Positions 13,943 to 23,315 are shown, numbered from the stretch's first letter. The stretch is 64,000 nucleotides of DNA from an uncultured Methanosarcinaceae archaeon (GCA_963847185.1 CAWJYV010000007.1:879853-943852), one strand, 5' to 3'. Notes: generated by a model from the sequence alone, not told the origin. Numbers and translations are program-made.

Positions 13943-14353
13943 TTACTTTAGCAGCTTCAATGCATCTCTGCAGGCTGCGACTGCAGGTGCTCCTGAGGTT
14001 ATGAAAATAACATCCATTACTTCCATTATTTCCTCTTTTGTAGCACCGTTTTTGAGTGCACTCTGCATCTGCACAACAGTGCATCTTTCGCACTGTTTGG
14101 ATGCAACAACTGCGAGAGCTATAAGGATTTTTGTTTTTGCGGGTAGAGCGCCGTCTGACAGTAGCTTTTTGTTACACCTGTTATACTTCTTAAGAGATTC
14201 ACTGTCAAGTTCCCCAAGAATTTCAAGGATATGAGGGGTAAAACCTAGCTTGCTACTCATGCTTTCCAGTAACTCTTCATGTTCAAGGTCTTTATGTTCT
14301 TCTTTACGTCCTTCCCTACTTCCTCCACAGCATCCTTCGCTATGTTCTTCCAT
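13943..14353 (-). CDS. carboxymuconolactone decarboxylase / AhpD-like protein
   Basis: [19 protein letters not shown] (CxxC), GATKEEIME; ATG at 14353 after a GGGG RBS-like run. Confidence 0.88.
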   Translation of the reverse strand: MEEHSEGCCGGSREGRKEEHKDLEHEELLESMSSKLGFTPHILEILGELDSESLKKYNRCNKKLLSDGALPAKTKILIALAVVASKQCERCTVVQMQSALKNGATKEEIMEVMDVIFITSGAPAVAACRDALKLLK

Positions 14354-14486
14354 GTTTGTTAACCCCCACTGTAATTCAACTGGTTGTATTAGTAACCTGC
14401 ATCTCCCGAATTGTGCCTCGGAAGTACAGGTCTTTTTGTTGCGATTCAACTAATTATATTAGATATTGTATCTATTTGCATGTTAT

Positions 14487-15332
14487 TTATCTATTCCTGA
14501 AGCTCTTGAACTCGTTCCCCAGTACTTTTTCCAGATCAAGCTTTTCTCCGCCTCTCCAGAGAAATTCAAACTCTTTACTGAGGTTTTTTGCAAATTCTGA
14601 ATCCCAGATTTTTACGACCGAAAGGATGCGGTCTTTATCCTGAGGATGGGGCTGAAACAGGACTACAGCGCTGCTGTCAATAACTCCGAAGCAGGATTGA
14701 GAGTTCTGGACAAGTCTGATTTCCATGCTTTTTTTCAATTTTTCTAAGGCTTCCTCTTTCTGCATTGAAAGCACGGAAGCAAGAGATATGAAACGGGGAG
14801 AAATCATTAGCTTGATTTTAACTCCACGGTCAATAGCTTTTAAAACGTCTGGTATCAGGAGGGAAAAGACAGGCATACCGACGACTGGCGGAATTACAAA
14901 TACCGAATTTTTTACTTCCCCATAGATAGAAGCAGCAAATTTTTTGATTTCGGATTCGCTTATGGCAGTCGTCCAGAAAACCTCATCTTTTCTCTTCTGA
15001 GACTGCACAGCTTTTAGAGTCTGTTTTGCCTCTTCAACAAAGCCCTTTAAGACCTCGATCTCCCTTTCAAACTCGGCTTTCCTTTTCTCAAAAAAGAAAT
15101 CCAGAGCCATTTCAGGATCAACAGCTCTGAATTTTTTGGGCCTTGAGGCTTGAATTTCTACAAAACCTTTTCCTGCCAGGGATTCAAGGACAGTATATAT
15201 CTTGCCATAAGGTACATCGGCATCTTTACAAACAATATTTGCCTCGGAAACGCCGAATTTCAAGAGGGAGATGTAGGTTGCTGCCTCATAAGCATTTAGC
15301 CCTATATCCTGAAGAAGCCTTTTCTTTTGCAT
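14487..15332 (-). CDS. TrmB-family transcriptional regulator
   Basis: GLNAYEAATYISLL...VPYGKIYTVLESLAGKGFV...RPKKFRAVDPE wHTH plus a C-terminal effector domain. Confidence 0.92.
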   Translation of the reverse strand: MQKKRLLQDIGLNAYEAATYISLLKFGVSEANIVCKDADVPYGKIYTVLESLAGKGFVEIQASRPKKFRAVDPEMALDFFFEKRKAEFEREIEVLKGFVEEAKQTLKAVQSQKRKDEVFWTTAISESEIKKFAASIYGEVKNSVFVIPPVVGMPVFSLLIPDVLKAIDRGVKIKLMISPRFISLASVLSMQKEEALEKLKKSMEIRLVQNSQSCFGVIDSSAVVLFQPHPQDKDRILSVVKIWDSEFAKNLSKEFEFLWRGGEKLDLEKVLGNEFKSFRNR

Positions 15333-15563
15333 ACAGGGTTCAATTACCGGTATCTTAAAAACTATTTCGAAAAACTAACTTCCAAATCCAAAAAACAGAC
15401 AAGAGTGTAATTTATTCACCTTTTTTATACCTCTAGATTCTATTTTTATTTGGGATTGAAGTTACTTCTATATAGGTTACTCATTGCTTGTTATTGGAGT
15501 AAGGATTTTTCTGTTATGAAATGAATAATAATAGCATCATTTTCAGTATTAAAGGGGGATAAG

Positions 15564-16118
15564 ATGAAACCTACGGATGATTTAAAAGAGGAACACAGGG
15601 CTGTTAAACTGATGCTCAGAATCCTTAATGGAGTATGCGTAAATATAGAATCTGGAAGAAGTGTTAAACAGGAGAACCTTGAGAAGCTTGTAGAATTTAT
15701 GAGAGTTTTTGTTGATAAATGCCATCATACAAAAGAAGAAGTGTATCTTTTCCCTGAAATGGAAAAAGCAGAAATATCAGGTTCTAGAGAATTAATCGCT
15801 TCCCTTAAAAATGAGCATGAAGAGGGAAGGCGGTATGTCAACAGAATTGAAAAGGTAGTTTCGGAAAAAGAAGAATACAGAAAACTATCAGCTATGGTTG
15901 ATGATTCAAGAGCTTATATTCATCTTTTGAGCCTACATATTGATAAGGAGGATAACATCCTTTTCCCGATGGCAGATGCAAATCTTTCACAAGCTGCCCA
16001 GAAAGATTTACTTGAATCTTTTGAAACTGTAGAAACTGAAATAATAGGGTCTGGAAAGCATGAAGAGTTCCATGAGTGGTTACACACCATGAAGGAGATC
16101 TACATCGAACATGAGTAA
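15564..16118 (+). CDS. hemerythrin (HHE cation-binding) domain protein
   Basis: LKEEH, HHTKEEVYLFP, EHEEGR and HIDKEDNILFP di-iron ligand pattern. Confidence 0.92.
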   Translation: MKPTDDLKEEHRAVKLMLRILNGVCVNIESGRSVKQENLEKLVEFMRVFVDKCHHTKEEVYLFPEMEKAEISGSRELIASLKNEHEEGRRYVNRIEKVVSEKEEYRKLSAMVDDSRAYIHLLSLHIDKEDNILFPMADANLSQAAQKDLLESFETVETEIIGSGKHEEFHEWLHTMKEIYIEHE

Positions 16119-16142
16119 ACACATGAGAAAAAGGCAGTAAAT

Positions 16143-16396
16143 CCCGAGTTCCGCGTCGGGAGCACGGGGTCCGTTTCCCTCGCTTTGCTCGCTCAAGCAG
16201 ACTAACTTATGGCTTAGAATCTTGCCTAACTTTTCGAATTGCACCTTGCCCGAGTTGCACTTTGGGAGCACACGGCCCTTTTCCCCCTGAATTTCGCTTC
16301 GGGATCGCAGGAAATCGAAGATTTTCTGGGAGTTGCGATGTAATCACAACAGTATGCAGTCCTTTTCACTCGCTGCGCTCGCTCAAGAGGACTAAC
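16143..16396. repeat. cluster of REP-like GC-rich palindromic repeats
   Basis: Three variants of CCCGAGTT(N)CGC(N)TCGGG and two of GTCC..TT...CGCTCAAG(AG)GACTAAC; the same modules recur at 47097-47188; lies between convergent genes. Confidence 0.85.
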
Positions 16397-16445
16397 TTTT
16401 GGTGAAGAGTTTAAAAAGTATTTTATGATAAAGATATTTAAGAGT

Positions 16446-16814
16446 TTATCCGTGTATCAGTTTGGGGAGACATCGAGTGCATACCCAGAGACTTTGCATT
16501 TTGTGTCTTAGGGGCAGGAGATAGTGTGTGTCCTCGCCGGCTCCGCAGGAGAAGCAGCGGATTGAAATATCTTGTTTTTTGGGTTGGGTTTCTGCTTTTT
16601 CTCGATTAAACTCGACAGTATGTCTCTCTTCTATGGAGATTGCTCCCTCTGGACAGATGCCAAGACAGAAGCCCATACCATCACAGAGTTCTTCGGATAC
16701 GACTTCTGCTTTTCCGTTTATGATTTCAATAGCTCCCTCGGCACACGGTGCTACGCATTTCCCACAGCCGGTACATTTTTTCTTGTCAATTTTTACGATC
16801 ATTCGTTTTACCAT
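16446..16814 (-). CDS. 2x[4Fe-4S] ferredoxin-domain protein with C-terminal CxxC...CxxC Zn-ribbon-like tail
   Basis: CTGCGKCVAPCAEGAI and CDGMGFCLGICPEGAI; tail CFSC...CTRC. Confidence 0.9.
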   Translation of the reverse strand: MVKRMIVKIDKKKCTGCGKCVAPCAEGAIEIINGKAEVVSEELCDGMGFCLGICPEGAISIEERHTVEFNREKAETQPKKQDISIRCFSCGAGEDTHYLLPLRHKMQSLWVCTRCLPKLIHG

Positions 16815-16857
16815 TAGATAACCCACTCCAAGATTATTTTCACAATATTTCTCTAAA

Positions 16858-16967
16858 AATCTGACTTTAATCTGACTTTAATCTGACTTTAATCTGACTT
16901 TAATCTGATTTTAATCTGATTTTAATCTGATTTTAATCTGATTTTAATCTGATTTTAATCTGATTTT
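16858..16967. repeat. 11-bp minisatellite, 10 copies
   Basis: (AATCTGACTTT)x4 followed by (AATCTGATTTT)x6. Confidence 0.97.
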
Positions 16968-17007
16968 AGTTAAAAATTAATCTGAAGTCTTGTAATCTTT
17001 GCAAGAA

Positions 17008-17481
17008 TCAGATATTAGCTAACAGTAACTGCATTTTGAGATCCGGCAAATATCCCTCTCTATACAGAGACATTTTGTAGTCATTTATTATTTTGCACAT
17101 TTTTGAGGTGTATTTTATCAGGTTACTATCTGTATTTCCTTTGAATAATATTTTTTCGGCTTTCTCAAGAAGATCAGGGTAAATGAATACCAGTTCTTCT
17201 TTTGTTTGCAAAAACAGAGCTGAAAAATCCCTGTGAATGCTCATACTTCTCTGCAACAGTTCAAGATCTAAACTACTTTCAGAGATATAATTCTTAAATT
17301 TCGTGTAAGTGTAGAAATTTGCAATATTATAGTTTAGAGAATTTAAAATTGAGTACAGGATATTATCTGTATTCGGAAAGGGAATGTCCCTAAGTTCGGG
17401 ATCTGCACCCTTGTAGCTCTCATCGTCGCCTATTTTCCCGTTATTGCTCATATCGTGGTTCATTTTATTGCTCTTGATCAT
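17008..17481 (-). CDS. hypothetical protein
   Basis: 157-aa ORF of plausible composition, co-oriented with neighbours; no motif recognised. Confidence 0.6.
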   Translation of the reverse strand: MIKSNKMNHDMSNNGKIGDDESYKGADPELRDIPFPNTDNILYSILNSLNYNIANFYTYTKFKNYISESSLDLELLQRSMSIHRDFSALFLQTKEELVFIYPDLLEKAEKILFKGNTDSNLIKYTSKMCKIINDYKMSLYREGYLPDLKMQLLLANI

Positions 17482-17550
17482 AAATTACATTTTTACTTGG
17501 ACTTACAGACTCAGAAAAATTCTGGAAAAACAGGGCACACCTGATGAGGT

Positions 17551-17979
17551 TTAACCCTCATTCTCAGGCGCAGGAAAAACCCCTAGCTGCTGGATCAAGC
17601 CCAGAAGATTAGCTTCGCCCCACAGCTCAACGATCTTACCATCCTTGATGCGAAAGACCTCTATGCCAGTCATGGTTATTGGCTTTCCTGTAGCCGGCAG
17701 ACCCATAAAGCTGCCTTTGTGTATGCCATAAGCTGTGAAACGAGCAGCCACGTTATTCCCCTCGGCAATTAGATCCTCAACTGCAACATTGAGGTGCTCA
17801 AAGGCTGCCCTGCATGTGGTAATTACTTCATTTATTCCCTTAATTCCCGGGGACGCAGGAAGAGGCGTGTGCATCACGAAATCGGGTGATAGTAACTCGT
17901 TAGCAGTGCTCAAATTTCCTTTAGAGGGGCCTTCTTCAAAGAATCGGCGAACTATTGCTTTGTTCTCTTCTGTAGACAT
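17551..17979 (-). CDS. SnoaL-like ester cyclase (NTF2 fold)
   Basis: MSTEENKAIVRRFF, EDLIAEG, GIHKGSFMGLPATGK, FRIKDGKIVELW; GAGG RBS. Confidence 0.93.
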   Translation of the reverse strand: MSTEENKAIVRRFFEEGPSKGNLSTANELLSPDFVMHTPLPASPGIKGINEVITTCRAAFEHLNVAVEDLIAEGNNVAARFTAYGIHKGSFMGLPATGKPITMTGIEVFRIKDGKIVELWGEANLLGLIQQLGVFPAPENEG

Positions 17980-18260
17980 ATTATCCTCGTTTGCTTCCAG
18001 TCTGCTTGTTTTGATTTCCTGCTGATTATCTGTAATTGACCTGAGATTTCAGTGATGTGTACCTTCCACAAATTTTATTCTCGCATCCTGAATTGTCTTT
18101 TTAATACTTTAGTTCTGCATAGTTTATTAGCATAAGGTATCAGACTAGAAACTATGGGGGAAAGTGGGGATTGGGTCTTACTAGAAAATTTAAGACTATT
18201 AAAACATTATCTTCGTAAACTTCAAGCATTGTGTTTATTAGAGTTTATGAAAATCAAATT

Positions 18261-18638
18261 GCGTGCTGCCACCCCACCCTAAACAGGTTGTTCGACAATT
18301 ACTGTTAGTAATAAAAAGTGCTGAAAAGAAGCAAATAAGGCCCTTAAATCAAAAAAGAAGGAATTCTTTTATTAATTCAGGTAATTGTCGGACAGCCTCT
18401 AAAGGATGGGGTATGCTTCGGGCCGCTCGCACGGTTACTCGGAAAAAAGTCACAGTGTCCTTTAACATGGTTTCATTGATCTAAGTGATTAAAACTCTAC
18501 CACCGAGAATCTGTCCGATTTCCGATCACTTTCCAAAGAAGAGACGATTAAGAATGTAAAGGGAAAAACGAAGAGGCGAGGGTTCACTTCATTCCCAATC
18601 TAAAGAATTGGGTATTCGTGACCCTCGGCGCTCCCAAT
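18261..18638 (-). mobile_element. non-autonomous IS200/IS605-type element (two end hairpins, no tnpA/tnpB)
   Basis: After removing the nested MITE, one end reads (minus strand) GAAGCATACCCCATCCTTTAGGGTGGGGTGGCAGCAC, typical of tnpB-element right ends. The other end has hairpin GAGGGTTCAC..CCCAAT-CTAAAGA-ATTGGG..GTGACCCTC. Confidence 0.7.
18284..18399. mobile_element. MITE, 116 bp, nested in the hairpin loop of the IS605-type end
   Basis: TIRs AGGTTGTTCGACAATTAC / GTAATTGTCGGACAGCCT (2 mismatches in 18); TAAA duplicated at 18280-18283 and 18400-18403. Confidence 0.88.
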
Positions 18639-18843
18639 ATAATAAACTTTTTAGAATAAATATAGTCTCTTTAATATTTACTTCCATGACTAAATACTTG
18701 TATATTAATGCTAACTAGAAGCAACGAAGAAATTAAGAAAGAACTGCCTCATTTCTCTCTTTCTAGAGTCTTCTGTAATATTAGTAGCTCTCAAAAAATT
18801 ATTTCTGATATAATTTGTAAAGGGCGCTCTGTATATCAATTCT

Positions 18844-20379
18844 TTAAAGTCTTCCTGTCAAAGTAAGATATATCATATGATAAGCTCCACCTAGCAAATG
18901 CAAAAAAATAATTGTCAAGGAAGTATATTTAAACAGTTTATTTTTCATTTTTGATACAATTAACACAATAAAAGGCATCATGGAACAACTTATAAGAGCA
19001 ACTCCCCAACGATAGTTTCCATCAGTCATACGGTTGCCAGTTTCTATGACGAAAAGGGAAAAAAATAAAGCGATAACTAGAGCGGGTGCTATATATCGAT
19101 AAATAAACACTTTATTCTTGATACCTATATTGGTTGAAAACAAACCCCAAATTAACGGTAGCATTAAACCTATTAATGAAACGACTATTATTAGCCCTAA
19201 TGTTAAAGCTCTACTATCCATAAATAGCGGATGATATTTTTCATAAGAATATAAGCTTAAAAATCCGGGTGAACTAATTGCGTAAGTCAATTTCGTATTA
19301 TACTTGTCATACCCAAAAACTAAATTGTAAACGAATGTTGTGATTATTGGTGAAAGCAAAATAAACAAATCTATGACATTCCTATAAGTAATCTTTCTCT
19401 TCGAGACAATAGCTAGGGTTATCACTAAGGTCATGATCGGTGCCAATGCTACGTATCCAAGTGGTTTCAGAAAGTATGAGATAGATAGAAATATTAAAGA
19501 TAATGTTAAATAATTATTACCAACCGCGTTATTGTTATTACTATTTGTATAATAGAGATATAAAAAATATATTGAAAGCATGACTGTCGGAATGGCAAAT
19601 AATTGGGTATCGCTGTGGTAGAACGTTGTTGAAAGATTAATAAATCCTATATACCTATTTTCTAATGGTAAGCTAATCACCCCAAAAAGGGCAACCATGA
19701 TAGACGACAATAGACTGAGAGTTGAGTTCAAACCTAACATTTCTTTGGAGAAAATATAAGGTAGGTAAACAATAGATATCATCATAAGGAGTCCGAAGAA
19801 TAGCGAAGAGTAGATGATGTTATTTATTTTTAAAGGCATTGCGACTGTAGGAGCTAACAGAGCACATTGCATTCCAATATTACTGAGGCTTCCTATCGGA
19901 AAACCTCCTGCGTCCACTAATCTCTCTATAAAATTGTCCAAGTGAACAGATTTATCCCCCACATTACCATAATTAACGAAGCCATTATAATTAAATACTA
20001 TAAATAATGAAAAAATAAATCCAAATAAGATCATCGTCACATCAATAATATTTATTTTTGAAACAATGTTTTTAATAGCTCTAGTTTTCATCAAATATAT
20101 TACTGAAGTTGTGGATAAAGTGCCGAAAAAGATTATGGGCAGACAATTGCCTTTGAGATCACTTCTCAAATTATTATTGAAAATTGAAAGATTAGAAACA
20201 AAATATATCATTCCCATCAAATAAAAACCTAATATAAATATAGTTATTAGATACAATCTATCTGGAAGATTTTGTTTAACATTTTTTAATGTATGTGTTA
20301 AAAGTATATCACCTAATCCATAGATAATAAAACAATAAATAATGAATATTAGTAAAAAAATTCCCAAATTACTATACAT
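18844..20379 (-). CDS. AT-rich polytopic membrane protein, possibly a GT-C-type glycosyltransferase
   Basis: About a dozen hydrophobic segments, loop motif GDKSVH, KP after a TM segment; clearly more AT-rich than core genes; AGGAG RBS before ATG 20379. Confidence 0.75.
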   Translation of the reverse strand: MYSNLGIFLLIFIIYCFIIYGLGDILLTHTLKNVKQNLPDRLYLITIFILGFYLMGMIYFVSNLSIFNNNLRSDLKGNCLPIIFFGTLSTTSVIYLMKTRAIKNIVSKINIIDVTMILFGFIFSLFIVFNYNGFVNYGNVGDKSVHLDNFIERLVDAGGFPIGSLSNIGMQCALLAPTVAMPLKINNIIYSSLFFGLLMMISIVYLPYIFSKEMLGLNSTLSLLSSIMVALFGVISLPLENRYIGFINLSTTFYHSDTQLFAIPTVMLSIYFLYLYYTNSNNNNAVGNNYLTLSLIFLSISYFLKPLGYVALAPIMTLVITLAIVSKRKITYRNVIDLFILLSPIITTFVYNLVFGYDKYNTKLTYAISSPGFLSLYSYEKYHPLFMDSRALTLGLIIVVSLIGLMLPLIWGLFSTNIGIKNKVFIYRYIAPALVIALFFSLFVIETGNRMTDGNYRWGVALISCSMMPFIVLIVSKMKNKLFKYTSLTIIFLHLLGGAYHMIYLTLTGRL

Positions 20380-20980
20380 GAGTGACAAGTCTCCTAACAA
20401 GTAAACACTTAAAATTTACTAATTTTATTTGACATATGCTGACATTGACATATTCTGATAATTTGAATCAACAGAATACAGAATATCTTCTCTATTTTTT
20501 AATCCCTAATTTTTTTCCTATCTTTCTTCAGATGTGATCTACATAAAACGATTTAGATTCCTCTTTTCTCTTATCGCAATATAAAGTTCATGCTGTGTTT
20601 CTTATCTCTTCACTAATAGTGTGTGACTTCTCTTTTATCTATAGAATTTTACTCAGTGTCTACACTGCATTTATACGTACAAAATGTCGCAACAGCATAT
20701 AAAACTTTATCCTGTTTCAAGGAGAAAATAAAGAAATGAAAAGGGTAGAAAATAAAAAGTTTTAAGCCTCAAATTTAATTTTGTAGTTTATTACGCAATA
20801 AAAAGCTGCCGAAACTCCTCCGAAACTCCTAATACTACCCCAATCCAGAGGATGAAATGTCACTATGCAGAGAACACCCTTTATCACCTTTTTCACTTGT
20901 GCGAGCTCTGCGTAATAAATTTTAAATAGTTGTTAGGACATTAACACATAACGCTTTAAGTGCCTGGAATTTCATAGAAT

Positions 20981-21036
20981 AGGTGGCAGGACTCGTCAAC
21001 CTGCCACCTCATCTGCCCTCTTTTATTATTTTTTTA
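20981..21036 (+). other. isolated GC-rich hairpin with upstream TATA-like box and downstream T-tract (candidate small RNA)
   Basis: AGGTGGCAGG-ACTCGTCAA-CCTGCCACCT (perfect 10-bp stem); CTTTAAGT at ~20954; T-rich run at 21021-21036. Confidence 0.35.
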
Positions 21037-21256
21037 TTAGTGACTTTTTTAGGTTTCAAACTGCTTTTTATCGTTGTAATGAATTGTATCTAAAATAAGG
21101 AATGGACTATTCAATGAGGACTTGTTACCTACATAAATTATTTAAATCAAATATCTTAAATAATTTCAAATTAGTAATTAGCTATACAATATATCATCTG
21201 TTTAGACTTATTAGGATTTATTGTAATTAACTTTACACAGTTAGAATAAACGTTTT

Positions 21257-21547
21257 TTATACTACCACTAGTGGAGAATTTAGGGCAGTACCTTCCATAA
21301 GCATGCAGGAACTAAGGTGTACAACATCCAGACCATGCTTTTTGAGAGCATTTACAAGACGGTAAACTCTCCTGCCTGAACAGCCTCCACACGTGAAAAA
21401 GGCAATCGTCTCTGCGTCTTCACCGTAGGATTCAAAATGTGACTTTTTTTCGTTAAAAGCTTTAAAGCAGCCTACTCAGGGGCAGGCTTCCGAAACGACG
21501 TCACAGCAGACGACTGCTATCTTTGTGGGACTCTTTGTTTTTTCCAT
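21257..21547 (-). pseudogene. CGGC-domain protein pseudogene (absent from ORF track)
   Basis: Translates MEKTKSPTKIAVVCCDVVSEACP*VGCFKAFNEKK...FFTCGGCSGRRV...DVVHLSSCM; in-frame TGA at 21476-21478; the family's C-terminal CP/GTH part is missing after 21292. Confidence 0.85.
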
Positions 21548-21575
21548 TCATTTATCACACAACTATTGCTGGTTT

Positions 21576-21914
21576 TTACAGCAGGCGCGTAGATTCGGTC
21601 TGCCTTGGTGCTTTTATAACCAGCACCCTGAAGATACCATCTCCTGTATTTAAAAGGCGGTGGGGAACTTTTGCAGGACTTTCAATTAACATATCCCTGC
21701 TGACTTCCTGCTGTTCGTCGCCAATTTCAACAATGCCTTTTCCTTCAAGTGTGTAGAAAAAGACATCTGTTGGGGTAATATGCTTTTTCAAAGCTTCCCC
21801 TGGCTTTAGTTCTATGTGTACCGCCTGGGCGTGTTCAGTATCATAGAGCATTCGGACGCTCACGTTGTGAGGGTTCGGCTTCTCAGGCGAAGATTTCATC
21901 TCAATAACTTTCAT
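21576..21914 (-). CDS. cupin domain protein
   Basis: LKPGEALKKHITP...FYTLEGKG and ESPAKVPHRLLN cupin motifs; GAGGAG RBS. Confidence 0.92.
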   Translation of the reverse strand: MKVIEMKSSPEKPNPHNVSVRMLYDTEHAQAVHIELKPGEALKKHITPTDVFFYTLEGKGIVEIGDEQQEVSRDMLIESPAKVPHRLLNTGDGIFRVLVIKAPRQTESTRLL

Positions 21915-22119
21915 ATCCTTCTCCTCTTTTAACAGTATTTTCTTTTGGCATTAATTTCTGTGCTTTTCAGCATTTTCCGGTATTTTGTAGATTAATTTTA
22001 ATGCGTTTTAAAAAATATTATTTAACCTTTGAAACCTCATTTTTACCTGAAGAGTTTAAGAAGGAAAGATTCTTTCAAATATAGAGGTCGTAGAGTTCAG
22101 TGATGCAAAAGCTGCAGTT

Positions 22120-22779
22120 TTACAGCCCTACCTGAGTTTTGAAATTCTCAAAGCCCATATCTTCAACAAATTTTCCGAGTCTTTTTTTCGTGCCTGAGCT
22201 TTTGTAGTAATTAAGGATTATCTCAACTGCTTCGAGAACTTCCTCTTCAGATAACTCCTTTGCAACAACTTCAGCAAGTCTTGGTGTTGCAGCCGCAGAG
22301 CCTCCCACCATCAGGGTGTATCCTTTAGCTGTACCCATTATTCCTATATCTTTAATTGCAGGTTCCGCGCATGAATTGGGACAGCCAGCTACACCTATTT
22401 TTAGCTTGGAAGGCATGGGCATTCCATGATATTTCTCATCCAGTTTCAGGCCCAATCCCAGAGAGTCCTGCTTTGCCTGCTTACAGAAAGTTGTTCCAGG
22501 GCAGAATTTCACACTCCTTACGCAAAGCCCTATGGCCGCTCCGGGTTTTATGCCAAGCTCGGCCCACACATTATCAAGATCTTCTTCTTTCAGGCCAACA
22601 ATTGCAATCCTCTGAGCGGAAGTCATCTTGAGGGCAGCCGCCCCATATTTTTTTGCAACTTCCGCGATTTTAATGAGGGTTGCAGGGTCTACAATTCCTC
22701 CGGGAAGGTGGGGGGCGATTGCATAGGTTTCATAGTCTCTCTGAACAATTGCACCTTTTTGCGGCAAGTTCCCTTTCAT
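22120..22779 (-). CDS. small nitrite/sulfite reductase-like protein (ferredoxin-like half domain plus siroheme/4Fe-4S domain)
   Basis: LKMTSAQRI, VRSVKFCPGTTFC, KLKIGVAGCPNSCAEPAIKDIG. Confidence 0.9.
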   Translation of the reverse strand: MKGNLPQKGAIVQRDYETYAIAPHLPGGIVDPATLIKIAEVAKKYGAAALKMTSAQRIAIVGLKEEDLDNVWAELGIKPGAAIGLCVRSVKFCPGTTFCKQAKQDSLGLGLKLDEKYHGMPMPSKLKIGVAGCPNSCAEPAIKDIGIMGTAKGYTLMVGGSAAATPRLAEVVAKELSEEEVLEAVEIILNYYKSSGTKKRLGKFVEDMGFENFKTQVGL

Positions 22780-22891
22780 GTTTGATCCTTATCTCCAACT
22801 TTTTGCGTTCGGAATTTACTTAATTGAATTAAACATTAGAAGTTTTTACTACCTTAGAGTATTCATTTTTATAAATTGTAATTATATATAA

Positions 22892-22923
22892 GTATCATTT
22901 TGATACCAGTATATTAGAGATAC
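22892..22923. promoter_or_regulatory. candidate HxlR/DUF24-family operator (palindrome plus degenerate tandem copy)
   Basis: GTATCA-TTT-TGATAC (22892-22906) and GTATAT-TAG-AGATAC (22909-22923) in the divergent promoter region. Confidence 0.55.
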
Positions 22924-22958
22924 TAATTTATATAACAGTCAGTTTCTATGTTTATACC

Positions 22959-23315
22959 ATGAAAGACTGCACAGTTTACAAGACTATGAATATCATAGGG
23001 AAAAGGTGGACAATCCATATTCTCCTGGAACTGCACAAAGGAGAGAAGAAGGAAAAACGCTTTAACGAGTTGAAAAGAAAGCTTGGATATATTACTCCCA
23101 AAATTCTCTCCGAAAGGCTGACAGAACTGGAAAATGAAGGCTTGATTGCAAAGAAGGTTGACGACTCAACAACTCCACCCAAATCCGAATATTATCTTAC
23201 TGAAAGTGGAGTAGATTTTGTAAAAATTATACAGGCAATCAAACGCTGGGGACTGAAGTGGAAGTTTCAGAATGAAGAATGTGAGAAAGCTATCTGCATG
23301 TATTGTGACCATTGA
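22959..23315 (+). CDS. HxlR/DUF24-family winged-helix regulator
   Basis: CTVYKTMNIIGKRWTIHILLEL, RFNELKR, ITPKILSERLTELE, PPKSEYYLTESG; C-terminal CxxxxCxxC. Confidence 0.93.
   Translation: MKDCTVYKTMNIIGKRWTIHILLELHKGEKKEKRFNELKRKLGYITPKILSERLTELENEGLIAKKVDDSTTPPKSEYYLTESGVDFVKIIQAIKRWGLKWKFQNEECEKAICMYCDH

Noticed and set aside
21476-21478. In-frame TGA in the Cys-rich CGGC gene, considered as selenocysteine
   Set aside because: It falls at the Gly of CPGxxC (GGA to TGA), not at a Cys; the gene is also 3'-truncated; Methanosarcina are not known to use Sec.
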